From sequence record NC_019505.1: a stretch of 64,000 nt of DNA; one strand, written 5' to 3'. The position numbers were made by a program, and so were the translations under genes. This stretch comes from Escherichia phage wV7. Below, piece after piece: positions 1-9,451 of the stretch (position 1 is its first letter; every line of letters starts with the position of its first letter). The notes under the pieces were generated by a model. That model saw only the letters and a list, made by a program, of their open reading frames with translations, made no database searches and was not told where the DNA came from.

Positions 1-1083
1 AAATTCGCTGCTTTGAAAGCAAGTGATACTCTTGAAGTCGGAACTATTTACACTCACTTCTTCCAGGACACTGGTACTGTGTATCTGCAAGCTACAGAAG
101 TTAAGCAAATTGATACTAGTGCAAATGATGCAGCTAAATTAGATGCTGAAATCAAGAAACAAATGGAAGCTGGTGTACTGGTAGAAATCGCTGAAGGTAT
201 GGCTACTTCTATCGCTGAACTTCAGGAAGGTTTCAATGGTTCTACCGATAACCCATGGAATGAAATGGGCTTCCGTATCGATAAACAAGTTATCGAAGCT
301 AAATCTCGCCAGCTGAAAGCTGCTTACTCTATCGAATTAGCACAAGACCTCCGCGCTGTTCATGGTATGGATGCTGATGCTGAACTGTCTGGTATTCTGG
401 CTACCGAAATTATGCTGGAAATCAACCGTGAAGTTGTTGATTGGATTAACTACTCAGCACAGGTTGGTAAATCTGGTATGACCCTGACTCCGGGTTCTAA
501 AGCTGGTGTATTTGACTTCCAGGACCCAATCGATATTCGTGGTGCTCGCTGGGCTGGTGAATCCTTTAAAGCTCTGTTGTTCCAGATTGATAAAGAAGCA
601 GTTGAAATCGCTCGTCAGACCGGTCGTGGTGAAGGTAACTTCATTATCGCTTCCCGTAACGTAGTTAACGTTCTGGCTTCAGTTGATACCGGCATTTCTT
701 ATGCTGCACAGGGTCTGGCAACTGGCTTTAACACTGATACTACCAAGTCAGTATTTGCTGGTGTTCTGGGTGGTAAATACCGTGTATATATCGACCAGTA
801 TGCTAAACAGGATTATTTCACTGTAGGTTATAAAGGTCCGAACGAAATGGATGCTGGTATTTACTACGCTCCATATGTAGCTCTGACTCCACTGCGTGGT
901 TCTGATCCGAAGAACTTCCAACCAGTAATGGGATTCAAAACTCGTTACGGTATCGGTATCAACCCATTTGCAGAATCCGCTGCTCAGGCTCCGGCTTCTC
1001 GCATTCAGAGCGGTATGCCTTCTATCCTGAACAGCCTTGGTAAGAACGCTTACTTCCGCCGTGTATATGTTAAAGGTATCTAA
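1..1083 (+). CDS. 23: Major capsid protein gp23, C-terminal ~360 codons (5' end lies outside the window)
   Basis: Frame is open from nt 1; protein contains the conserved T4 gp23 stretch DIYTHFFQ.TGTVYLQA and ends ...YFRRVYVKGI; followed by hairpin and late promoter as in T4. Confidence 0.93.
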   Translation, partial: KFAALKASDTLEVGTIYTHFFQDTGTVYLQATEVKQIDTSANDAAKLDAEIKKQMEAGVLVEIAEGMATSIAELQEGFNGSTDNPWNEMGFRIDKQVIEAKSRQLKAAYSIELAQDLRAVHGMDADAELSGILATEIMLEINREVVDWINYSAQVGKSGMTLTPGSKAGVFDFQDPIDIRGARWAGESFKALLFQIDKEAVEIARQTGRGEGNFIIASRNVVNVLASVDTGISYAAQGLATGFNTDTTKSVFAGVLGGKYRVYIDQYAKQDYFTVGYKGPNEMDAGIYYAPYVALTPLRGSDPKNFQPVMGFKTRYGIGINPFAESAAQAPASRIQSGMPSILNSLGKNAYFRRVYVKGI

Positions 1084-1098
1084 TCTTTGACGATTTAA

Positions 1099-1117
1099 GG
1101 GACCTTCGGGTCCCTTT
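1099..1117 (+). terminator. GC-rich hairpin GGGACC-TTCG-GGTCCC plus T-run after gene 23
   Basis: Perfect 6-bp stem with UUCG tetraloop followed by TTT, read directly. Confidence 0.7.
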
Positions 1118-1131
1118 AGTTGTTTTTATGG

Positions 1132-1139
1132 TATAAATA
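1132..1139 (+). promoter_or_regulatory. T4-type late promoter TATAAATA upstream of gene 24
   Basis: Exact TATAAATA about 28 nt upstream of the gene 24 ATG. Confidence 0.7.
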
Positions 1140-1166
1140 AATCATATAAACTGAAAGGAAAGCGCA

Positions 1167-2450
1167 ATGGCTAAAATCAACGAACTTCTGCGCGAATCAA
1201 CCACAACGAATAGCAACTCAATCGGTCGCCCAAATCTCGTTGCTTTGACTCGCGCTACCACTAAATTAATATATTCTGACATTGTAGCAACGCAAAGAAC
1301 TAATCAACCTGTTGCTGCTTTTTATGGTATCAAATACCTTAACCCAGACAATGAATTTACATTTAAAACTGGTGCTACTTACGCTGGCGAAGCTGGATAT
1401 GTAGACCGAGAACAAATCACAGAATTAACAGAAGAGTCTAAATTAACTCTCAATAAAGGCGATTTATTCAAATATAATAATATCGTTTATAAAGTATTAG
1501 AAGATACACCATTTGCTGATATTGAAGAAAGTGATTTAGAATTAGCTCTTCAGATTGCAATTGTTCTTTTAAAGGTTCGTCTATTTTCTGACGCAGCGTC
1601 AACAAGCAAATTTGAAAGCTCTGATAGTGAAATTGCGGATGCTAGATTCCAGATTAATAAATGGCAAACCGCAGTTAAATCTCGTAAACTTAAAACCGGT
1701 ATCACAGTTGAATTAGCACAAGATTTAGAAGCAAATGGATTCGATGCTCCTAATTTCTTGGAAGATTTGCTTGCAACTGAAATGGCAGATGAAATCAATA
1801 AAGATATTCTGCAGTCTTTGATTACAGTATCAAAACGTTATAAAGTTACAGGAATTACTGATACTGGATTCATTGATTTGAGTTATGCATCTGCACCTGA
1901 AGCTGGTCGTTCATTATACCGAATGGTATGTGAAATGGTTTCGCATATCCAAAAAGAATCAACTTATACAGCAACGTTTTGTGTTGCTTCAGCTCGTGCC
2001 GCTGCGATTCTTGCTGCATCTGGTTGGTTAAAACATAAACCAGAAGATGATAAATATCTTTCACAAAATGCCTACGGGTTCTTAGCTAATGGTTTACCGC
2101 TTTATTGCGATACTAACAGCCCATTAGATTATGTAATCGTTGGCGTAGTAGAAAATATCGGTGAAAAAGAAATTGTTGGATCAATTTTCTATGCTCCGTA
2201 TACAGAAGGTCTCGACTTAGATGACCCTGAACATGTAGGTGCATTTAAAGTTGTTGTTGATCCAGAAAGCTTACAACCGTCTATCGGTTTATTAGTTAGA
2301 TATGCTTTATCTGCAAATCCTTATACCGTAGCAAAAGATGAAAAAGAAGCAAGAGTAATTGATGGTGGAGACATGGATAAAATGGCGGGTCGTTCAGATT
2401 TGTCTGTTTTATTAGGTGTTAAATTACCAAAAATTATTATCGATGAATAA
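1167..2450 (+). CDS. 24: Head vertex protein gp24
   Basis: 427 aa ORF directly after gene 23, MAKINELL... start, position and size as T4 gp24. Confidence 0.9.
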   Translation: MAKINELLRESTTTNSNSIGRPNLVALTRATTKLIYSDIVATQRTNQPVAAFYGIKYLNPDNEFTFKTGATYAGEAGYVDREQITELTEESKLTLNKGDLFKYNNIVYKVLEDTPFADIEESDLELALQIAIVLLKVRLFSDAASTSKFESSDSEIADARFQINKWQTAVKSRKLKTGITVELAQDLEANGFDAPNFLEDLLATEMADEINKDILQSLITVSKRYKVTGITDTGFIDLSYASAPEAGRSLYRMVCEMVSHIQKESTYTATFCVASARAAAILAASGWLKHKPEDDKYLSQNAYGFLANGLPLYCDTNSPLDYVIVGVVENIGEKEIVGSIFYAPYTEGLDLDDPEHVGAFKVVVDPESLQPSIGLLVRYALSANPYTVAKDEKEARVIDGGDMDKMAGRSDLSVLLGVKLPKIIIDE

Positions 2451-2453
2451 AAC

Positions 2454-2477
2454 AAAGGGACCTTTCGGTCCCTTTTT
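2454..2477. terminator. Bidirectional hairpin GGGACC-TTTC-GGTCCC between convergent genes 24 and rnlB
   Basis: Stem-loop flanked by A-run and T-run, so it can terminate on both strands. Confidence 0.65.
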
Positions 2478-2479
2478 AT

Positions 2480-3484
2480 TTAGCTCACCAACTCAATCCA
2501 AGCTGGACGAAGTACATCTTGCACCATTTTAACTAATTCCTTTTTAATCAAAGAAGGATTATCTGCTTGAGTTAGAGTAATACCTTCACGAGAAGTTTCT
2601 TCCAAAATATCTTGGACAGTTAGCCCCATCACCTTTCCAAAATCCTTTGGACCAATTTCGCCAATTTTAGAAATAACGTTATTTACTCGGTTCAGTGTAA
2701 CGTAACAAGCTAAAATTCCCACCAATTTGTTATCAGCTTCTGACAATTCAACTTTAGCTTTAATAGGCTTATCAGACTTTTTCTTTTCACTAAATTTAGA
2801 ATTCTTGCATTTGATGGCTACACGATTGCGATTAGGCAGCCAAGAAGGATAACAAGGTTTCAATACATATCCTTCAGCGGTAAATACTTCGCCTTTGGCT
2901 TCGGCATTCCAAACGCATTTATTTGCATCAACTAATCCAGCATGGTCTACTGTAAAATTATAATCTTGGACGACAGAATCTAAATCATTTGGCAATTTAA
3001 TAAGCTCTTCAAATTTACCGCGACCTAAAAGTGGAGCCATTTTAAATTTAAATGTATTGCAGAATGATTCCATCATATAATCATCGACATAAGTCATGTC
3101 ACCACTTTCTGTAGTGACAATAATGTCAAATACATAGAAATCTTTATCACCATAATCAACATTCTTCTGAATGCCAGGTCCAGCGAATTCGCCAAAAACT
3201 TGATAAGATACAACCGCTGAAGTTTCCATAATATCTTGTACTGCTTTAATGGAATCAGCGTAATTCTTTAGAATAATTTCATACCCAAAGAAATCTTCAG
3301 CAGGAAGAATCGGTCCAGTACGTTTAGCGCAAGTTACTTTATCACGCTCAATAATCAATGAGAAATTTGTGCCGTGAATCTTTTCACGAGCTACCCATTC
3401 GCCGCCAGTCAATCCCAAGCTATAAAGTTTTTCAATAAATTTAGAGTTGTAATGATTTTCAAGACTGCTATACTTTTTAAACAT
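2480..3484 (-). CDS. rnlB: RNA ligase 2 (Rnl2)
   Basis: 334 aa, starts [19 protein letters not shown] and contains the KIHGTN adenylylation motif; matches recalled T4 Rnl2. Confidence 0.93.
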   Translation of the reverse strand: MFKKYSSLENHYNSKFIEKLYSLGLTGGEWVAREKIHGTNFSLIIERDKVTCAKRTGPILPAEDFFGYEIILKNYADSIKAVQDIMETSAVVSYQVFGEFAGPGIQKNVDYGDKDFYVFDIIVTTESGDMTYVDDYMMESFCNTFKFKMAPLLGRGKFEELIKLPNDLDSVVQDYNFTVDHAGLVDANKCVWNAEAKGEVFTAEGYVLKPCYPSWLPNRNRVAIKCKNSKFSEKKKSDKPIKAKVELSEADNKLVGILACYVTLNRVNNVISKIGEIGPKDFGKVMGLTVQDILEETSREGITLTQADNPSLIKKELVKMVQDVLRPAWIELVS

Positions 3485-3493
3485 AATTAATCC

Positions 3494-3772
3494 TCAAAAT
3501 GTAATTTCTAACCAATCACCATCACGCTGATCACTATTGACTTTAAAATTAAATCCTTCTTTTCTCAGCCAATCACCAATTTCTTCAGTAATCAATTTAT
3601 CACGAGCAGTACAATAATAACTAAAATATGTTTTACCTTGTTCAGCTGCTTTATTAGCAAGTTCTGAAAAATCTTTAATAAAACACTCTAGCTTAAACTG
3701 TTTACTTTTTAATGCTTTTTCACGTAATTGATTAGCAAAAGATTCATTTTCATAAAGATCATACTGTTCCAT
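3494..3772 (-). CDS. Hypothetical early protein (24.2 position)
   Basis: 92 aa ORF in the T4 24.2 position; no recognisable motif. Confidence 0.55.
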   Translation of the reverse strand: MEQYDLYENESFANQLREKALKSKQFKLECFIKDFSELANKAAEQGKTYFSYYCTARDKLITEEIGDWLRKEGFNFKVNSDQRDGDWLEITF

Positions 3773-3974
3773 TTTTCACCTTTTTATTAATGTGTCTTTT
3801 TCTATAGACAACTTTTTCTCGAGTCTCAAATTTATTCTTTGCAGTCATAGCTCGAGCCCATAATACAGCCACTTCTTTCGCCTGTAAGTTTAATTCACGA
3901 GCAATTTCAATGAATGACTTTCCAGACTCATGAAGTGTAAACACCACAACTTCAGTTCTCATAATCAATCTCAT
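3759..3974 (-). CDS. Small helix-turn-helix-like protein (24.3 position)
   Basis: 71 aa; segment GKSFIEIARELNLQAKEVAVLWARAM resembles an HTH. Confidence 0.5.
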   Translation of the reverse strand: MRLIMRTEVVVFTLHESGKSFIEIARELNLQAKEVAVLWARAMTAKNKFETREKVVYRKRHINKKVKNGTV

Positions 3975-4043
3975 GTTATCGAGTTGGTGCCATTATATAC
4001 ATCATTTTCTGATTGTGTTTTGTGTGCTTTCAAAATGAAGAAA

Positions 4044-4060
4044 GGGGCCGAAGCCCCTTT
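4044..4060 (-). terminator. Hairpin GGGGC-CGAA-GCCCC 3' of hoc
   Basis: Perfect stem and tetraloop followed by a U-run on the minus strand. Confidence 0.65.
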
Positions 4061-4063
4061 CGA

Positions 4064-5488
4064 TTATGGATAAGTATAGATGATACCAGTTTCTAAAGCA
4101 GTTTTATGGATGATGTATCCATTACGTGATTCTTGAACATCAACTTCTGAATAATCTTTCATCATCTTCTGAAGCGTATAACGATGCAAGTAGTACTTAC
4201 TATCTGGATCTTCAGTTTTCCAATCTTTACCTTCTTCAGTCATTTTTTGGATTTCATCCATAACCCACCAACCGCACCAGATATAAGCTGAAGTACGATG
4301 TGGAAGAGGATGAACATAAGGCAATTCACCTTCTGGTTCCGGAGCAACTTTATCAGTTACCTGAACTTGACCTGTTGTTTTAACTGTTTTACTATCATAG
4401 TCGGTTGCTGTAACGACAGCAGTAACTTCAATAGTTTGACTTCCAATAGATGAGGTGTCAACGGTGTATACGTTAGTTGACCCTTCTACAGGAGAAGAAT
4501 CTTTCTTCCATGAATAAGTAATTTGTGCTGCTTCAGGTGCTCCAGTAACATTAGCCGTAAATGTAGCCGAAGCATCTTGCTGAACGTTAATAGAAGGAGG
4601 AGTCAATGTAACCTGTGGATTCATTGTCTTCTTATTAACTGTCAATGATACTTCATTAGAAGTAACTTCCTTTTCATTGTAATTTTCTGCAGTTACTTGC
4701 GCTACACATTTAATTCTTTTTACTCCACTTGTAGTTGGAGTATAGTTAAATGTAGAGTTAGTTTCTCCACCAATTTGAGAATCATCTACATACCACTTAT
4801 ATGTAGCAGACGCTCCATCAGGTTGAGAAGCTAAGGCAGCAGTAAATTGAACTGGAGTTCCAATTACTCCAGCTGAAGGACTATTAGGAGTTACAACTAA
4901 AGTAGTCGCTTGGGTTTTCTTGTTAACAGTCAGCGACACTTCGTCAGAAGTAACGGTCTTTGTATCATAATCTGTCGCAGTTACTTGAGCTACACACTTA
5001 ATTTTTTTAACTCCGCTTGTGGCAGGAGTATAGTTAAATGTAGCGTCAGTTGCTTCTCCCACAGGAGAACCGTCGACGTGCCATTGATACGTAGCAGATG
5101 CACCTGGCGGCTGTGAATCTAAGGCAGCGGTAAATTGAACAGCTGTTCCGATTACTCCTTCCGAAGGACTATCAGGAGTTACTGTTATTGTAGTAGTCTG
5201 TGTCTTATTTTGAACTGTGATAGTTGTCGTAGCTTCTGCTGTTTCAGGTTCAGATTCAGATTCTGGAACTGTATTTGTTGCAACGACTTTAATAGTCTTT
5301 TGACCGGCAGGTCCTTTTAGTACATAACTAAAAGTTGCTTCAGCTCCATCCTGTGGAACATTATCTACACTCCAAGCATAGGTAATAGTTCCACCTTCAG
5401 TTTGACCACTGGGTGCAGCAGTAAACTGCTTGGTTTCATCAATAACTCCTGTTGGGGTTTTAGGAGTTATATCAACTGTAAAAGTCAT
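4064..5488 (-). CDS. hoc: Highly immunogenic outer capsid protein Hoc, 474 aa with four Ig-like domains
   Basis: N-terminus MTFTVDITPKTPTGVIDETKQF and C-terminus ...IHKTALETGIIYTYP as recalled for T4 Hoc; internal tandem Ig-like repeats. Confidence 0.9.
   Translation of the reverse strand: MTFTVDITPKTPTGVIDETKQFTAAPSGQTEGGTITYAWSVDNVPQDGAEATFSYVLKGPAGQKTIKVVATNTVPESESEPETAEATTTITVQNKTQTTTITVTPDSPSEGVIGTAVQFTAALDSQPPGASATYQWHVDGSPVGEATDATFNYTPATSGVKKIKCVAQVTATDYDTKTVTSDEVSLTVNKKTQATTLVVTPNSPSAGVIGTPVQFTAALASQPDGASATYKWYVDDSQIGGETNSTFNYTPTTSGVKRIKCVAQVTAENYNEKEVTSNEVSLTVNKKTMNPQVTLTPPSINVQQDASATFTANVTGAPEAAQITYSWKKDSSPVEGSTNVYTVDTSSIGSQTIEVTAVVTATDYDSKTVKTTGQVQVTDKVAPEPEGELPYVHPLPHRTSAYIWCGWWVMDEIQKMTEEGKDWKTEDPDSKYYLHRYTLQKMMKDYSEVDVQESRNGYIIHKTALETGIIYTYP
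4643..5182 (-). repeat. Tandem in-frame duplication (~270 nt each) encoding two near-identical Hoc Ig-like domains
   Basis: Protein segments TPDSPSEGVIGTAVQFTAALDSQPPGASATYQWHVDG... and TPNSPSAGVIGTPVQFTAALASQPDGASATYKWYVDD... are near-identical; matching DNA around 4630-4770 and 4920-5060. Confidence 0.8.
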
Positions 5489-5497
5489 AAGTTATCC

Positions 5498-6178
5498 TTA
5501 TTTTAATGTTACGAAAGAAGAATTGCGTGTTTCACGAATTAGAACTGATCCGTCACGATTAATGTAGTAAATTAAGCTAAACAAAGTTTGATGCGCAGAC
5601 GCATGTTCAAAACTGGTTGGGCGAGATTTCCAATCTGGAGTTTCAGCAATCCATTGGTAAATCCACCAAGGAACAGTGCAGAATCCTGGATTTTTTCCAA
5701 TCAGCTGAAGATTCGGGCTAAAGTTTTCCGGAAGAGTAAATACAGACGGCTTTTCAGATTCAATAATCTTATCTACAGCTTGTTCAAACTTTTCTTCAAC
5801 AAAAGGAGTGTCTTCAATCAAAACATCAGTATTTTCAGGAATTTTATCCGTTTCTACCACTTCAATTTTAATATCAGATTTAACTGGAGAATCAATCAGA
5901 AGTGCTGCTTCTGGATTAACTTCTTCATCGTCATATTTTAATCCCTCTGCAGCATCAGCAGCATCAATTAAGTCTTTAATAGATAACCCATCAGTCTCTG
6001 GCATAGGTTCACTAGCGAGCTTCTGGAGGGCTTCTTCAATATCAACAACGATATTATCAAAAGATTTATTCTTTTTGACCTTTATACCAAATTGCTCAGC
6101 ATATTCAGCTAATTTAGCTTTAGCTTCTTTATTATCATCAAGAGCCTTTAACTCTGCAATATAATCTTTATCTATCAT
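5498..6178 (-). CDS. inh: Inh, inhibitor of prohead protease (head protein)
   Basis: 226 aa, located between hoc and uvsW as in T4. Confidence 0.8.
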   Translation of the reverse strand: MIDKDYIAELKALDDNKEAKAKLAEYAEQFGIKVKKNKSFDNIVVDIEEALQKLASEPMPETDGLSIKDLIDAADAAEGLKYDDEEVNPEAALLIDSPVKSDIKIEVVETDKIPENTDVLIEDTPFVEEKFEQAVDKIIESEKPSVFTLPENFSPNLQLIGKNPGFCTVPWWIYQWIAETPDWKSRPTSFEHASAHQTLFSLIYYINRDGSVLIRETRNSSFVTLK

Positions 6179-6191
6179 AATATTTCCTCAG

Positions 6192-6199
6192 TATAAATA
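6192..6199 (+). promoter_or_regulatory. Late promoter TATAAATA upstream of uvsW
   Basis: Exact motif about 30 nt upstream of the uvsW ATG. Confidence 0.6.
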
Positions 6200-6228
6200 T
6201 AGATATATTTATTACATGGTATTTAGAC

Positions 6229-7740
6229 ATGACTGACATTAAAGTACATTTTTATGATTTTAGTCACGTGAGAATTGATTGTGAAGAAAGTACATTTCAT
6301 GAACTCCGTGATTTCTTTAGCTTCGAAGCTGATGGGTATCGTTTTAATCCGAAATACAAATATGGCCACTGGGATGGACGAATCCGTCTTTTAGATTATA
6401 ATCGTCTTCTTCCATTCGGCTTAGTCGGGCAAATTAAAAAGTTCTGTGATAACTTTGGCTATAAAGCCTGGATTGACCCACAAATTAACGAAAAAGAAGA
6501 ATTATCAAGAAAAGATTTTGATGAATGGCTTTCTAAATTAGAAATCTATTCAGGAAATAAAAGAATTGAACCACACTGGTATCAAAAAGATGCAGTGTTC
6601 GAAGGATTAGTTAATCGTCGTAGAATTCTTAATCTTCCAACATCCGCTGGTAAATCTTTAATTCAGGCTCTGCTCGCTCGGTATTATTTGGAAAATTACG
6701 AAGGTAAAATTCTTATCATTGTTCCAACAACTGCTCTAACAACTCAGATGGCTGATGACTTCGTTGACTATCGTTTATTCAGTCATGCAATGATAAAGAA
6801 AATTGGTGGCGGAGCATCAAAAGATGATAAATATAAAAATGATGCACCAGTCGTTGTTGGTACATGGCAAACTGTAGTTAAACAACCAAAAGAATGGTTC
6901 TCACAGTTTGGAATGATGATGAATGATGAATGTCATCTTGCTACAGGAAAAAGTATTTCATCTATCATATCAGGTTTAAATAACTGCATGTTCAAATTTG
7001 GTCTATCTGGTTCATTACGTGATGGCAAAGCCAATATCATGCAGTATGTTGGAATGTTTGGTGAAATATTTAAGCCAGTAACGACTTCTAAGTTAATGGA
7101 AGATGGACAAGTAACTGAGCTAAAAATTAATAGTATTTTTCTTCGCTATCCCGATGAGTTCACTACTAAATTAAAGGGAAAAACTTATCAAGAAGAAATA
7201 AAAATTATTACGGGGCTTAGTAAAAGAAATAAATGGATCGCTAAATTAGCTATTAAGCTTGCGCAAAAAGATGAAAACGCTTTTGTCATGTTTAAACATG
7301 TATCACATGGTAAAGCTATTTTCGATTTAATTAAAAATGAATACGATAAAGTTTATTACGTATCAGGGGAAGTTGATACCGAAACCCGCAATATAATGAA
7401 AACCTTAGCTGAAAATGGTAAAGGAATAATTATAGTAGCTAGTTATGGTGTATTTTCTACTGGTATTTCAGTTAAAAATCTGCATCACGTTGTTTTAGCG
7501 CACGGTGTTAAATCAAAAATCATTGTATTACAAACAATCGGTCGTGTATTACGTAAGCATGGTTCTAAGACAATAGCAACAGTCTGGGACCTCATAGATG
7601 ATTGTGGTGTTAAGCCAAAATCTGCTAATACGAAAAAGAAATATGTTCATTTGAACTATCTTTTAAAACACGGCATTGATCGTATTCAGCGCTACGCAGA
7701 TGAAAAATTTAATTACGTAATGAAAACAGTTAATTTATAA
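6229..7740 (+). CDS. uvsW: UvsW DNA/RNA helicase (SF2), 503 aa
   Basis: Walker A-like TSAGKS, DECH box (MMMNDECHLATG), Q-type motif; size and position as T4 uvsW. Confidence 0.92.
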   Translation: MTDIKVHFYDFSHVRIDCEESTFHELRDFFSFEADGYRFNPKYKYGHWDGRIRLLDYNRLLPFGLVGQIKKFCDNFGYKAWIDPQINEKEELSRKDFDEWLSKLEIYSGNKRIEPHWYQKDAVFEGLVNRRRILNLPTSAGKSLIQALLARYYLENYEGKILIIVPTTALTTQMADDFVDYRLFSHAMIKKIGGGASKDDKYKNDAPVVVGTWQTVVKQPKEWFSQFGMMMNDECHLATGKSISSIISGLNNCMFKFGLSGSLRDGKANIMQYVGMFGEIFKPVTTSKLMEDGQVTELKINSIFLRYPDEFTTKLKGKTYQEEIKIITGLSKRNKWIAKLAIKLAQKDENAFVMFKHVSHGKAIFDLIKNEYDKVYYVSGEVDTETRNIMKTLAENGKGIIIVASYGVFSTGISVKNLHHVVLAHGVKSKIIVLQTIGRVLRKHGSKTIATVWDLIDDCGVKPKSANTKKKYVHLNYLLKHGIDRIQRYADEKFNYVMKTVNL

Positions 7741-7752
7741 GGGCTTCGGCCC
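7741..7752 (+). other. GGGC-TTCG-GCCC tetraloop hairpin at the uvsW/uvsW.1 junction
   Basis: Read directly; sits between the uvsW stop and the uvsW.1 ribosome-binding site. Confidence 0.6.
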
Positions 7753-7765
7753 TTTGGAGAAAAAG

Positions 7766-7999
7766 ATGTTACTAGAATTTAAACAATTTCTTTATGAAGC
7801 TTCTATTGATGAATTTATGGGTAAAATTGCCTCTTGCCAAACGATAGAAGGTTTAGAAGAACTTGAAGCTTATTATAAGAAAAGAGTTAAAGAAACTGAA
7901 TTAAAAGATACTGATGACATCTCTGTGAGAGATGCTTTGGCAGGAAAAAGAGCTGAATTAGAAGATTCAGACGATGATGAAGTAGAAGAAAGCTTTTAA
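7766..7999 (+). CDS. uvsW.1: UvsW.1, small protein with acidic C-terminal tail
   Basis: ATG at about 7766 (track ORF begins at an upstream TTG); ends ...AELEDSDDDEVEESF. Confidence 0.75.
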   Translation: MLLEFKQFLYEASIDEFMGKIASCQTIEGLEELEAYYKKRVKETELKDTDDISVRDALAGKRAELEDSDDDEVEESF

Positions 8000-8055
8000 A
8001 TTAAAAAAGGCCCAACCAAAAAGGAAGGGCCAAAACTATAGACTAAAGGTCACAC

Positions 8056-8223
8056 TATAGCAAAAGTTGTGTTTCATTTAATTGTTCTTCCGAACTTTCT
8101 GAAACTGGTAGTTCTTTAATGTAATTATAGCAAGGCCCAGGATGTACAGGACCTTTGTCTGTTTCAACAACCAATGCAGAATCGATTGGAGTTTTACAGA
8201 CAACACAAATCTTATCTGACATG
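8056..8223 (-). CDS. Small Cys-containing protein (~55 aa), not in the ORF track
   Basis: Hand translation: MSDKICVVCKTPIDSALVVETDKGPVHPGPCYNYIKELPV...; CxxC plus a distal C; uvsY.-2 position. Confidence 0.4.
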
Positions 8224-8345
8224 ATTGTCTCCTCTGAATTATATATCTATTTATAACCCCATCTTAAAGCGCATTTCTTGTACAAGCTTTAAACATGCTT
8301 CCATTTCTGCTAAAAGTCTAAATACTTCTTTATAATTTGTCATAT

Positions 8346-8573
8346 TTACCCCATATCTCTCATATGCATATCAATGCCCATATCTTTAGAATAAAAATAT
8401 TCATCAAGATATCCGGCAAATTTTCCTTTAATATAAAGGACATCTTCACCACACGGGTGGTCGGCCAGGATACGAATATCCTGACGCTTAAGATTATGCT
8501 TTTTCATTAAGAATTGAATTTCCGTTTCAAATTCTTCTTCATAATTAAAAGCGTCATCAATGTTATATCTCAT
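8346..8573 (-). CDS. Hypothetical protein (uvsY.-1 position)
   Basis: 75 aa ORF; its ATG overlaps the uvsY stop. Confidence 0.6.
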   Translation of the reverse strand: MRYNIDDAFNYEEEFETEIQFLMKKHNLKRQDIRILADHPCGEDVLYIKGKFAGYLDEYFYSKDMGIDMHMRDMG

Positions 8574-8986
8574 TATTTTCCAGCCTCAAATGCCCGCATG
8601 TCTTGAATATGCTTAATAGCAAATCCTCGTGATTTGATAGCATCAAGAGCTCCGCTACAGAAATCTAATAAAATTCCCCAATATTGTAATGAAGTATCAA
8701 CCTTTAAAACATCCTTATCAGCTGATAGAACTGTTTTCATTTCTGATTTCTCGTAACGATCCATACTAAATTCATCACCATCTCCTCGTCCCGAGTAGTA
8801 GTCTAATTTAGCTTTAAGAGCAACTTTTTTCTGTGCTTCAATTCTAAGCATTTCCTTTTTAATACTTGAATGCTTATTAAGCCATTTACTATATAACATC
8901 ACATTATTAGCTGCTTCATACTGTAATTTAGTCGAATCTATAAACACATCTTTCTTCAATTCTTCTTGAAGATCTTCTAATCTCAT
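8573..8986 (-). CDS. uvsY: UvsY recombination mediator
   Basis: 137 aa, starts MRLEDLQEELKKDVFIDSTKLQYEAANNV; size and context as T4 UvsY. Confidence 0.9.
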   Translation of the reverse strand: MRLEDLQEELKKDVFIDSTKLQYEAANNVMLYSKWLNKHSSIKKEMLRIEAQKKVALKAKLDYYSGRGDGDEFSMDRYEKSEMKTVLSADKDVLKVDTSLQYWGILLDFCSGALDAIKSRGFAIKHIQDMRAFEAGK

Positions 8987-9026
8987 ATTGTTCTCTATTC
9001 AATTGTTATTGGATGGACTTAGATTC

Positions 9027-9053
9027 ATTATACCACGTTTATACGTGAAGCAT
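9027..9053 (-). promoter_or_regulatory. Middle-mode promoter upstream of uvsY: MotA box ATGCTTCA, 13 nt, -10 TATAAT
   Basis: Minus-strand reading aTGCTTCAcgtataaacgtggTATAAT; matches the MotA-box consensus. Confidence 0.6.
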
Positions 9054-9451
9054 TATACTCTATTACTGGAAGCCAGTTGTAGTTTTATCTGCTCAATATC
9101 ATCAGGGTTATCGATGACTGAAAAGCGTATTTCTACTATCAAAGTATAATCATCATAAACCGGTATTACATTAACTGCTAATTTATCAATACGTGGCTCA
9201 TAGTTTCTTACTGCGCTTTCGATATTACGCTCAACCGTGTCAGCAGTAAGAGGAGTCATATTCTCAAAAAGTTGGTCAGATAAATCGCATCCAAATTCAG
9301 GGTCAAACGGTCTTGAACCTTTTCTTGTTGTAATAATTCCTAAAAGACTATTTTTAATTGACCTTAATCCAAGTGATCTTGAAACGTCTTTGTTCCAATC
9401 CATTTTCATCTCTGGGTCAATATCAGAATAAAGCTTATTAATATTTGCCAT
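9053..9451 (-). CDS. 25: Baseplate wedge protein gp25
   Basis: 132 aa, in the T4 gene 25 position between uvsY and 26. Confidence 0.88.
   Translation of the reverse strand: MANINKLYSDIDPEMKMDWNKDVSRSLGLRSIKNSLLGIITTRKGSRPFDPEFGCDLSDQLFENMTPLTADTVERNIESAVRNYEPRIDKLAVNVIPVYDDYTLIVEIRFSVIDNPDDIEQIKLQLASSNRV

Noticed and set aside
1550-2064. Minus-strand ORFs (82 and 64 aa) inside gene 24, and similar short ORFs inside hoc, inh, alt, ligase, nrdA, nrdB, gp32, gp34, gp35, gp36, gp37, gene 52 and rIIB
   Set aside because: All are embedded in or antisense to long, well-supported genes, lack ribosome-binding sites and have atypical composition; treated as chance ORFs
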